Shown here: piece by piece, positions 29,742 through 38,567 of the stretch
How positions within the stretch are numbered: the first letter of the stretch is position 1
How the letters are laid out: every line of letters starts with the position of its first letter
Assembly: GCA_031291825.1 (NCBI GenBank)
Contig: JARLIG010000009.1
Location: 136,058 to 200,057 of the forward strand
Direction of reading: 5' to 3'
From: Minisyncoccota bacterium
GTDB lineage: Bacteria > Patescibacteriota > Minisyncoccia > Phycocordibacterales > UBA9973
Length of the DNA: 64,000 nucleotides
Program-made: the position numbers and the translations under genes
The notes under the pieces: generated by a model
What the model was told of the DNA's origin: nothing
Database searches by the model: none
What the model saw: the letters and a program-made list of their open reading frames with translations, nothing else

Positions 29742-32243
29742 CTATTTAACTTCACCAAAATTATCACCAAAACCAGAGTGAACTAAGAGTGGAATTTCTG
29801 TTTTATACTGTAAATATGACCTTTCTAGCACATGCTCCATAGCATTTTTTATAACCGCATCGGCTTGATCTAAAACTTTTTCATCTATTTCATAGACCAG
29901 TTCGTCGTGTATCTGAAGCACTAAGTGGGCTCTGTCTATCAACCCAGCTAAGGTCAAATCCTCTTCTGCATATCTAATTGCCAACTTTATAATATCTGCC
30001 GTGGCTGTGCCTTGAATTGGCGCATTGGTGGCAGTTCGTTCAGCCATATTTTTTAAAAAAGGAATTCTCGAATTTATATTTGGAAAATAACGTCTACGAC
30101 CAAACAATGTTTCAGTATAGGAATGTTTCATTGTAAATTCTTTTACGCTTTCCAAATAATCTCGCACACCAGAAAATTGATTAAAATAATCATCGTAAAA
30201 TTTTTGAGCTTCCGGACGCGTTCCCCCAAGATTTTTACGCAGAGCAGAAACCCCCATACCATAAATAATTCCGAAGTTTATAACTTTCGCCTTGCGACGC
30301 ATTTCAGCATCAACCTTATCTATCGGAACACCGAAAACAAATGAGGCGACTCCGGCATGAATATCTTTTCTCGCGCGGAATATCTGAGTCATGTTTTTAT
30401 CACCAGAAAGTATTGCGGCGACGCGTAATTCAATTTGACTGTAATCAAAAGCACAAAGCTTAAATCCACTGGGAGCAATAAATCCAGTGCGGATTCTCCT
30501 ACCAAGCTCTGTCTTAATCGGCAGATTTTGCAAATTTGGATCCTGTGAAGAAAACCTGCCAGTCGTCGTGCTGTTTTGTAAAAATTTTGCATGCAATCGT
30601 CCATCAACGCTAACCATTTGAGGAATTACATCGATATAAGTTGAGAGTAGTTTTTGTAATTCCCGATAAGCTAAAATTTCTTTAACGATTGGGTTGTCTT
30701 CCTCTAGTTCTTCTAAGACTGAAACTTTTGTAGAAAAAGAACCACTAGAATTTTTTTTCTTTGTTGTTTTAATACCCATCTTAACAAAAAGCACTTCGGC
30801 TAATTGCTTCGGTGAATTAATATTAAATTCCATTCCAGCTATGGAATAAATTTTTTTAGTAAGTGAATTTAGTTTTGTGTGATACTCTGTAGATAATTTT
30901 TCAAAATATTTTTTATCTATTAATATTCCATAATCTTCCATCTTTTTTACAATACTAATAATCGGTTTTTCTATTTCTTCGTAAATTTTTTCTAAGCTTG
31001 CCCCGCCTTGGCGTGGGGTTTTTTCTTTCAGTTGTTGAAAAATATATTCATAAGCTTTATCAAAAGAATCCGTTTTTGCGAAAAAAAGTATGTCTTCCAA
31101 GCTCGGAGTGGAAATATCTGAATTAATTAGCCAAAGAGCTATGCTGGCTTCTTGGAATTTTTTTGGGTCCACCAGAAGAGAGTGTTGCTCAGAGGAGTCT
31201 TCGCCCTCAGAAGACGAACCTAGAGAATTTTTGAGTGGTCTGGCCAGGGTTTGGGGCCCCGGAGAACCGAGGACCCGAGAAAATTCTACTGGGTTCGTCT
31301 TCTGGTCTTGGTTTCCAAAAAAACTTTTTAAACGTCCCAGCAAGCTCCTAAATTCAAAATCAGCAAAAACTTGTTCTATTTTTTTAGAATCAGCGTTTTC
31401 CCAAAAAGTTTTTTCGGGTAACACAAAATTTATCGGTGCATCTGTTCTAATCGTGGCTAATGTTTTAGAAAATAACGCTTCTTCTTCGTTATTTTTAAGC
31501 AAATCAATCATTCTGTCTGACACGCCCGCTTTTTTAAAACGTAATTCGTAATCTGTCATTCGCAATTGCTTATATATTTCTTCAATCGTGCCAAAATTTA
31601 TAATCAAGTTTTCAGCAGTTTTTTCACCGACACCTTTTATACCAATAATGTTGTCCGACGGGTCTCCACGCAGACCTTTGTAGTCTGGTAAAAGTTTTGG
31701 CTTAAAATTAAATCTTGCAACAACGGCCCCCTCATCATATAAAATGGTTTCATTTATGCCTTTTTTTAAGGTATAAACCTGCACTTTTTTACCATCCACT
31801 AGTTGCATGGTATCCATATCACCAGAAGCAATAATAATATTTATTTTTTTATCTTTTTTATATTTTTCAACAATTGTTCCCAAAATATCATCCGCCTCAA
31901 AACCTGACGCATCATAAATTGGTATATTAAAAGCTTCAAAAATTTGACGAGATTTTTTTAATTGTACAATGAGAGCTTCGTCTGTCTTTGCTCGTCCTGC
32001 TTTATATGCATCATAAGCTTCGTGCCTGAAAGTTTTTTGCGGTAAATCATAACAGGCAACAATATAATCTGGCTTTAACTCAGTAATAATTTTCATCAAC
32101 ATACTAGAGAGTCCATAAAGCGCACCTGTTGGTTCGCCCTTTATAGACAAAAACTCCGGCAGTGCATGATAGGCGCGATGTATTATTGCGTGAGCATCCA
32201 AGAGAACTAGTGTTCTACTGTTTTGTTCTTTTACTTTGGACAT
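29742..32243 (-). CDS. polA: DNA polymerase I (reduced 3'-5' exonuclease region)
   Basis: 5' nuclease domain (LRGDPSDN), DYSQIELR, KVINFGIIYG, QIHDEL. Confidence 0.97.
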   Translation of the reverse strand: MSKVKEQNSRTLVLLDAHAIIHRAYHALPEFLSIKGEPTGALYGLSSMLMKIITELKPDYIVACYDLPQKTFRHEAYDAYKAGRAKTDEALIVQLKKSRQIFEAFNIPIYDASGFEADDILGTIVEKYKKDKKINIIIASGDMDTMQLVDGKKVQVYTLKKGINETILYDEGAVVARFNFKPKLLPDYKGLRGDPSDNIIGIKGVGEKTAENLIINFGTIEEIYKQLRMTDYELRFKKAGVSDRMIDLLKNNEEEALFSKTLATIRTDAPINFVLPEKTFWENADSKKIEQVFADFEFRSLLGRLKSFFGNQDQKTNPVEFSRVLGSPGPQTLARPLKNSLGSSSEGEDSSEQHSLLVDPKKFQEASIALWLINSDISTPSLEDILFFAKTDSFDKAYEYIFQQLKEKTPRQGGASLEKIYEEIEKPIISIVKKMEDYGILIDKKYFEKLSTEYHTKLNSLTKKIYSIAGMEFNINSPKQLAEVLFVKMGIKTTKKKNSSGSFSTKVSVLEELEEDNPIVKEILAYRELQKLLSTYIDVIPQMVSVDGRLHAKFLQNSTTTGRFSSQDPNLQNLPIKTELGRRIRTGFIAPSGFKLCAFDYSQIELRVAAILSGDKNMTQIFRARKDIHAGVASFVFGVPIDKVDAEMRRKAKVINFGIIYGMGVSALRKNLGGTRPEAQKFYDDYFNQFSGVRDYLESVKEFTMKHSYTETLFGRRRYFPNINSRIPFLKNMAERTATNAPIQGTATADIIKLAIRYAEEDLTLAGLIDRAHLVLQIHDELVYEIDEKVLDQADAVIKNAMEHVLERSYLQYKTEIPLLVHSGFGDNFGEVK

Positions 32244-32261
32244 TACCTTAATTATACCATT

Positions 32262-32741
32262 TTAAACTAGCCTAGCCTTAAAAACTTTTTTAAACTCAAA
32301 AAATTTTTGTCCATTTTCATCTTCAGAGATATGAACAAATTTTGTGTTTGGTGGCATAACTTTTAAAACATTCTGTGGCCATTCAATAAAGATTATATTT
32401 TTCTCATCGTCTAATATCTCCTCCCAACCCAAAAGCAACAACTCTTCCTCGTTCTTAAGTCTATATGCATCTAAGTGAAACAAAAAATTATATTGCTTGT
32501 TTTTAATAGGGTACTTTTTCATAATCACAAAAGTTGGGCTGCTTACTCTGCCTTTTACTCCTAGATGTTTAGCTACTGTTTGAAAAAAGGCTGTCTTGCC
32601 AGCACCCAAATCTCCCACAAGCCCTACTACTAATGCACCCTGGTTTGGATTTTCTATGTTTAAAATTTCTTCAAGAAAAATAGCGGCTATTTCACTAGTT
32701 TCTTTTATGCTTTTTGAAGTTTTTGTGACCAACTTACGCAT
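32262..32741 (-). CDS. tsaE: t6A biosynthesis ATPase TsaE
   Basis: GDLGAGKT, SSPTF, HLDAYRL, IEWP. Confidence 0.95.
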   Translation of the reverse strand: MRKLVTKTSKSIKETSEIAAIFLEEILNIENPNQGALVVGLVGDLGAGKTAFFQTVAKHLGVKGRVSSPTFVIMKKYPIKNKQYNFLFHLDAYRLKNEEELLLLGWEEILDDEKNIIFIEWPQNVLKVMPPNTKFVHISEDENGQKFFEFKKVFKARLV

Positions 32742-32814
32742 GTTTTTATATTAACATAATTTAATATTTATAATATTATCTTTTACTATTAAAATAAGCT
32801 ATAATTTAGCATAA

Positions 32815-34512
32815 ATGGCTTTATTTGACGAAGAAAAACAAAACAAGCAACTAGACGAATTACACAAACAAGAAGAGGAAGAACTGGTTGCAACTTTGGC
32901 CGAATCAAAGTATGGTCTTCCTTATATTGATTTATATCGTTTAGGTATAGACAACGAAGCGCTTCGCGTAATTTCGGAAAAAGATTCTAGAGAAATGAAC
33001 GTAGCGCCATTTAAACTTTTTGGGAAAAATATTTTTATTGCCTTGCGTGTACCCAGTGAAGACCTTATAAAAAGACTCAAGGATGACATGGAACGAAAAA
33101 GTTTAGTTCCAACTTTTTATATGGCTTCCGCGGCCAGCATCAGTAAAGTCTGGGACAGATACAAAGAACTTTCGATGGCAGAAAGTTCCCAGGTTGGAGG
33201 AATAGATATTTCTGGAGACGTCTTAAGAGAAACAGTAAAAAAGATAGAAAAAATACAAGATATACAAAAAATGGTGACAGAGGCATTGGAAGGAAATAAA
33301 ATTCACAAAATTTCCCGCTTACTAGAAATTATTTTAGCTGGTGCAATTGCAATCAAAGCTTCAGATATTCACATTGAACCAGAAAAAGAAAAAGGTAGAT
33401 TGCGTTTACGTCTAGATGGTGTCTTACAAATAACTAATTATTTTGGCTTAGATGTTTACCGCCTACTTAACTCGCGAATCAAACTTCTCTCAGGCATGAA
33501 GCTAACTTCAAAAATAGCTCAAGATGGACGTTTTAATATCGAAGAAGGGGTGGAAGAAATAAGTATCCGTACTTCTTTAATTCCTGGAGCCTATGGTGAA
33601 TCAATCGTTATGCGTATTTTGGATCCGAAATCTATTCAGGTTAATCTAGAAGAGATAGGAATAGAACCACACCTTTTTTCTGTGATTCAAGAAGAAATTA
33701 CCAAACCAAACGGTTTAATTTTAGTCACTGGTCCAACCGGTTCCGGAAAAACAACCACTCTTTACGCATTCCTAAGAAAAATCTATTCGCCAGAAATAAA
33801 AATAATCACCATTGAAGACCCAATCGAATACCATTTACCTGGAATAACTCAAACTCAAACCAATGAAGAAAAAGGTTACACTTTTGCGGAGGGTTTACGC
33901 TCAGCTCTTCGCCAAGACCCCGACGTAGTGATGGTTGGAGAAATCCGCGACAACGAAACAGCCGAGACAGCTGTACAATCAGCCCTGACTGGTCATATTG
34001 TTTTCTCAACTCTACACACCAACAATGCTGCTGGTGTTATTCCTCGTCTAATTGACCTTGGAGTAAATCCGAAAATTTTAGTTTCTGCATTAACACTTTC
34101 AATCGCTCAAAGATTGGTGCGTAAACTATGCCAGTTTTGTAAAAAAGAAAAAGAAACTACGGGAGAAGAAATAAAAACATTAAAATCAATTATTGAAGGA
34201 ATGACAGCAGAAGGTAAAAAAATATCAGATTATGGCATAAATGCCGAAGCACCAATTAAACTTTTTGCTGCTGTCGGTTGTGATAAGTGCAATATGACTG
34301 GTTATAAGGGACGAATCGGAATCTTCGAAGCGATTCAAACAACTGAAGCAATCGAAAAAATAATGCCAGAAAATCCAAGCGAGCGCGAAATTAAAAAAGT
34401 CGCCAGCACGCAAGGCATACTTTCAATGCGTCAAGACGGACTAGTAAAAATGTTGAGTGGAATCACTTCGATAGAAGAAGTGCAAAGCGTGGTGGACTTA
34501 AATGAAGCTTAG
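32815..34512 (+). CDS. Type IV pilus/T2SS assembly ATPase (PilB/GspE family)
   Basis: ASDIHIEP, GPTGSGKTTT, TIEDPIEY, LRQDPD, TGH..STLHTN, Cys pairs. Confidence 0.93.
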   Translation: MALFDEEKQNKQLDELHKQEEEELVATLAESKYGLPYIDLYRLGIDNEALRVISEKDSREMNVAPFKLFGKNIFIALRVPSEDLIKRLKDDMERKSLVPTFYMASAASISKVWDRYKELSMAESSQVGGIDISGDVLRETVKKIEKIQDIQKMVTEALEGNKIHKISRLLEIILAGAIAIKASDIHIEPEKEKGRLRLRLDGVLQITNYFGLDVYRLLNSRIKLLSGMKLTSKIAQDGRFNIEEGVEEISIRTSLIPGAYGESIVMRILDPKSIQVNLEEIGIEPHLFSVIQEEITKPNGLILVTGPTGSGKTTTLYAFLRKIYSPEIKIITIEDPIEYHLPGITQTQTNEEKGYTFAEGLRSALRQDPDVVMVGEIRDNETAETAVQSALTGHIVFSTLHTNNAAGVIPRLIDLGVNPKILVSALTLSIAQRLVRKLCQFCKKEKETTGEEIKTLKSIIEGMTAEGKKISDYGINAEAPIKLFAAVGCDKCNMTGYKGRIGIFEAIQTTEAIEKIMPENPSEREIKKVASTQGILSMRQDGLVKMLSGITSIEEVQSVVDLNEA

Positions 34513-34514
34513 AA

Positions 34515-34707
34515 AATAAAAAAAGCATTAATCTCCAAACAATCCTTTTAAGGCTGGGCCTCAAAAGTAACAAAGAATTATAGGATAGTTCCAGTGAACT
34601 AATAAAAGTACCAAAACGTCCTATGCAAATTCGTATAACCGGTGGCTGATTGCTTAGAGATTAATGCCTTCTTGGCAAAACTCTCCCAAAACTATTTAAT
34701 TGGCTAC
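34515..34707 (-). ncRNA. Candidate structured ncRNA (6S-like rod)
   Basis: 23-bp closing stem with G-U pairs on the minus strand, internal bubble, apical stem, upstream TATAAT, terminal U-run. Confidence 0.4.
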
Positions 34708-34809
34708 AAAAAGATTATACTATATGCTATCTAAAGCAAATGATATAATGTTGATAGGGCTGTTAATACCCTGTTGATAAACATACTAACATCACCAATA
34801 TAGCATACT

Positions 34810-35862
34810 ATGAAACCAATGTCAAGTAAAAACACCGAAGAAAAAATAAAACTCGATTTAGACAAAACATCCAATGCAGATGAATCTTTTCTAGACCAAA
34901 CCCTCCGCCCAACTCATTGGGATGAATATATTGGCCAAAAGCATATAAAAGACAACGTTAAAATACTTTTACGGGCTGCGGAAGAGCGTGGGCATATTCC
35001 AGAACATATTCTTTTTTATGGACCACCAGGGTTGGGCAAAACTACTCTGGCACACTTGATTGCTAAGGAAACTGGCAAGCAGATGAAAATTACTTCTGGG
35101 CCAGCGATTGAAAAAGTTGGAGACTTAGCATCAATCTTGACCAACTTAGCGGCTGGCGACATACTTTTCATCGACGAAATTCACCGACTCAATAAAATGG
35201 TTGAAGAAATACTTTATCCAGCAATGGAGTCGGGTGTTTTAGATATTATTATCGGCAAAGGTCCTTCGGCGCGCACAATTCAGCTTGACCTTCCACCTTT
35301 TACCTTAATTGCAGCGACGACTCGCGTAGCCTTAGTTTCCTCTCCCCTTCGTTCACGTTTTTCTGGTGGAGTATTTAGGTTGGAATTTTATTCAAATGAA
35401 GAAATCGCTAAAATTATCGAGCGTTCAAGTAAACTTTTAAAAACCGAGCTAGACGAAGAAGCTTTAAAAGAAATTGCCAAGCGCAGTCGCTTTACTCCTC
35501 GCACCGCAAATTATTTTTTGAAACGCTGTCGAGATTTTGCACAAGTACATAAAAAAAGTTTAGACCAAAAAACTGTTAGAGAGGCATTGAACATGCTCGC
35601 AATTGATGAGATTGGTTTGAATTCATCCGACAGAAAATTTTTAGAAATATTAATTGAAAAATTCAACGGCGGACCAGTTGGATTAAAAACTATTGGCGCG
35701 GCAATGTCTGAAGAAGAAGCAACTGTGGAAGAAGTTATTGAACCATATCTGATTCAGCTTGGATTACTTGAACGCACAGCACGTGGCAGAGTTGCTACCC
35801 AAAAAGCATATGAACATTTAGGATTTGACGTTCCGGAAAGTTTACAAAAGAAATTATTATAA
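34810..35862 (+). CDS. ruvB: Holliday junction branch migration helicase RuvB
   Basis: LRP..W.EYIGQ, GPPGLGKTT, FIDEIHRL, EPYL, RTARGR. Confidence 0.97.
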   Translation: MKPMSSKNTEEKIKLDLDKTSNADESFLDQTLRPTHWDEYIGQKHIKDNVKILLRAAEERGHIPEHILFYGPPGLGKTTLAHLIAKETGKQMKITSGPAIEKVGDLASILTNLAAGDILFIDEIHRLNKMVEEILYPAMESGVLDIIIGKGPSARTIQLDLPPFTLIAATTRVALVSSPLRSRFSGGVFRLEFYSNEEIAKIIERSSKLLKTELDEEALKEIAKRSRFTPRTANYFLKRCRDFAQVHKKSLDQKTVREALNMLAIDEIGLNSSDRKFLEILIEKFNGGPVGLKTIGAAMSEEEATVEEVIEPYLIQLGLLERTARGRVATQKAYEHLGFDVPESLQKKLL

Positions 35863-35876
35863 AAAAAACAAACAAC

Positions 35877-36413
35877 ATGTCAGGACATAATAAATGGGCG
35901 CAAATAAAACACAAAAAAGCTATTACTGATTCCAAGAAAAGTAAAATTTTCTCTAAGCTTGTACGTTTCATTTCCGTAGAAGCTAAACTTTCAGGAGGAA
36001 AAGACTCCCCTGGTTTACGCGCAGCCATTGAAAAAGCAAAAAAGGTAAACATGCCTGCAGAAAACATTGAAAGGGCAATAAAGAAAGCGAGTGAGCCCGG
36101 AGCCCATATGGATGCAATTACTTATGAAACATATGGCCCGGGTGGGGTTGGAATAATTATTGAAACCTTAACTGACAGTAAAAACAGAACCGCGCAAGAC
36201 ATAAAACATATTCTGACCAAGAATGGATTTTTGTTGGGAGCAATTGGTTCCGTCACTTGGGGTTTTAAAAAAGAAAAAAGCCCTGAAGGACTTGTGTGGA
36301 CACCAAATATGTTTGTTCCTGTTTCTGACCAAGACTTAGAATTGCTAGATAAACTAGTAGAAGAGTTGGAAGAAAATGATGACGTGCAGGATGTTTATAC
36401 TAACGCAGAATAA
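35877..36413 (+). CDS. yebC: YebC/PmpR-family protein (shortened)
   Basis: MSGHNKWAQIKHKK, YETYGPGG, DDVQDVYTN. Confidence 0.92.
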   Translation: MSGHNKWAQIKHKKAITDSKKSKIFSKLVRFISVEAKLSGGKDSPGLRAAIEKAKKVNMPAENIERAIKKASEPGAHMDAITYETYGPGGVGIIIETLTDSKNRTAQDIKHILTKNGFLLGAIGSVTWGFKKEKSPEGLVWTPNMFVPVSDQDLELLDKLVEELEENDDVQDVYTNAE

Positions 36414-36587
36414 AAAAATCAGAGTAGAAGCAATAAAAGTCGTAGACTTTCATTTTAAATAATGAGGGAAGTCAAACGACTTTTAGATGGGTGGTGCTTT
36501 TGAGGGCACCGATATAAATAAACCCTATAAAACAGGAACTAATCTACTTCTATATTTTAGTCTTATATATAAATAAGGGCAAGAAAG

Positions 36588-36596
36588 TTATCCACA
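36588..36596 (+). promoter_or_regulatory. Perfect DnaA box upstream of ruvC
   Basis: TTATCCACA. Confidence 0.6.
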
Positions 36597-36623
36597 GCCT
36601 TAAAAAATGTTAAACTTACTATT

Positions 36624-37100
36624 ATGAAAATTTTAGGTATTGACCCAGGCTTTGAAAGGCTCGGTGTGGCGGTTTTGGAGAAAAACAAAGGCGACAAGAA
36701 GGAAAAGGTGCTTTTTTCAGAGTGTTTTAAAACATCAGCTAAATTAGACTTTAATGAAAGATTGCTTTTAATTGGTGAAGAAGTCGATAGGGTTATAAAG
36801 AAATTTAAACCAGAAGTTCTTTCTATTGAAACTTTGTTTTTAACAACCAACCAAAAGACAGTTATGCACGTCGCTGAGGCTCGTGGGGTGGTTGTTTACG
36901 AAACTACTCGTGCTGGCCTCAAAATATTTGAAGCCTCTCCCCCGCAAATAAAGACAGCCACCACTGGTTACGGTAAGGCCAGCAAAGAACAGATAATAAA
37001 AATGGTGAAAATCTTGGTTGATATCGATAATTCTAAAAAATCTGATGATGAATTGGATGCGATAGCTATTGCTTTAACCGCCTTTGCTTGTTTGCGATAA
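36624..37100 (+). CDS. ruvC: Holliday junction resolvase RuvC
   Basis: ILGIDPG, EARGV, GYGKASK, DDELDAIAIA. Confidence 0.96.
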   Translation: MKILGIDPGFERLGVAVLEKNKGDKKEKVLFSECFKTSAKLDFNERLLLIGEEVDRVIKKFKPEVLSIETLFLTTNQKTVMHVAEARGVVVYETTRAGLKIFEASPPQIKTATTGYGKASKEQIIKMVKILVDIDNSKKSDDELDAIAIALTAFACLR

Positions 37101-37103
37101 TAG

Positions 37104-37112
37104 TTATCCACA
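37104..37112 (+). promoter_or_regulatory. Perfect DnaA box downstream of ruvC
   Basis: TTATCCACA. Confidence 0.6.
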
Positions 37113-37207
37113 GATTCTATTGCCAAGATTTTTAAATTTTGATACAAAGGAAGAAATTAATAGATTTTGTGAGTTGGTCGCTTAAAAATTAATAAAAAAT
37201 AAAAAAC

Positions 37208-37330
37208 ATGTACGACGAAGAGCCAGAAGAAAAAGATGAATTAAATTTAGATGATGATGGTGAGATGACTGACCTAGAACTTGAGGGAATCAACGACTAC
37301 GAAGAAGAAGATCCCGACAAAGACAGTTAA
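37208..37330 (+). CDS. Very acidic 40-aa microprotein (not in ORF track)
   Basis: MYDEEPEEKDELNLDDDGEMTDLELEGINDYEEEDPDKDS; A-rich leader; followed by a terminator. Confidence 0.6.
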   Translation: MYDEEPEEKDELNLDDDGEMTDLELEGINDYEEEDPDKDS

Positions 37331-37332
37331 CT

Positions 37333-37369
37333 TAAAAATAAAAACACCCACTCGGGTGTTTTTATTTTA
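37333..37369. terminator. Bidirectional intrinsic terminator
   Basis: AAAATAAAAACACCC-actc-GGGTGTTTTTATTTT between convergent genes. Confidence 0.8.
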
Positions 37370-38540
37370 TTAAAACCTTTATAAATCTTTTTTTGCCTAT
37401 TTTAAGTGTTAGATTTTCTGAAATTTTTAAATTTTGGTCTGTTATGTTTTTACTTTTATCGAGATTGTGTATGGCATTTCCTAAAATAAGTCTACGCCAT
37501 TCCCCTTTTGAAGATAAAATCTTATTTTTTACTAAAGCCTCACTTAATAACTCTCCATTAAGAACATTTATTTCTTCCATTTCTTCTGGGATTTCTTTTT
37601 TTTGAAAAGTATTAATGAAAGATTCTTGTGCTTCTCCTGCTTTCTTTTCTCCGTGATAAATTTTCACAATTTCAAAAGCCAATTTCATTTTAGCATCACG
37701 TGGATTTTGATTTATTTCGTTGATTTTAGGAATGGGGACACGAGTACAAATTTCAAAAGCTAATGGTATTAAACTGTCAGGCCAACTCATTATTTTTCCA
37801 AACATATTTTCTTCACTATCTTCCAAGGTAACCATATTACCTTCACTTTTTCCCATTTTTTTACCAGTTGGATCTACCAGAAGTTTTGTAGTTAAAATAT
37901 ATTTTTCCTTGCCACGATTTTTCATCATCGTACGCCCAATAAGCATATTAAAGGTTTGGTCATTTCCACCTATTTCCATATCTATATTCATCGCAACAGA
38001 ATCATATCCTTGCATAAGAGGATAAAAAAATTCATGCAGATGAATGGGTTGCCCTTCTTTTATTCTTTTTTCAAACATATCCCTTTCAATCATTTGCTGA
38101 AGAGTAAACTCTGAAGCAATCTCCATGCCTTCCTCAAAAGAAAGTTTTGATAACCATTTACTATTAAATTTAACTTGGGTTTTTTTCATATCCAAAATCT
38201 TACCAGCCTGTTTTGTGTAAGATTTAAGATTTTCTTTTATCTCTTTTATAGAAAGTTGTTTTCTGGTTGCTGTTTTATCGGTTGGATCACCTATCCTACC
38301 AGTAAAGTCACCAATGAGTAAAATTATTTTATGCCCCAAATCTTGCAATTCTCGTAGTTTAAGAAGGGTTGAACCGTGTCCGATGTGTAAAGTTGGTCCA
38401 GTAGGATCAATACCGTTATAAATAGATAATATTTTTCCAGACAAAAAAACTTTTTTTACCTCTTCTTTGGAAGGGTAAATATTTTCGACCCCCCTACTTA
38501 ATACTTCATCTATTTTTTTCTCGTCAGTTATCACTTTCAT
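37362..38540 (-). CDS. tyrS: Tyrosine--tRNA ligase
   Basis: GIDPTGPTLHIGH, GGNDQ, KMGKS, S4-like tail. Confidence 0.97.
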   Translation of the reverse strand: MKVITDEKKIDEVLSRGVENIYPSKEEVKKVFLSGKILSIYNGIDPTGPTLHIGHGSTLLKLRELQDLGHKIILLIGDFTGRIGDPTDKTATRKQLSIKEIKENLKSYTKQAGKILDMKKTQVKFNSKWLSKLSFEEGMEIASEFTLQQMIERDMFEKRIKEGQPIHLHEFFYPLMQGYDSVAMNIDMEIGGNDQTFNMLIGRTMMKNRGKEKYILTTKLLVDPTGKKMGKSEGNMVTLEDSEENMFGKIMSWPDSLIPLAFEICTRVPIPKINEINQNPRDAKMKLAFEIVKIYHGEKKAGEAQESFINTFQKKEIPEEMEEINVLNGELLSEALVKNKILSSKGEWRRLILGNAIHNLDKSKNITDQNLKISENLTLKIGKKRFIKVLIK

Positions 38541-38567
38541 AACTCGAATTATAACATATTTTCTGTT

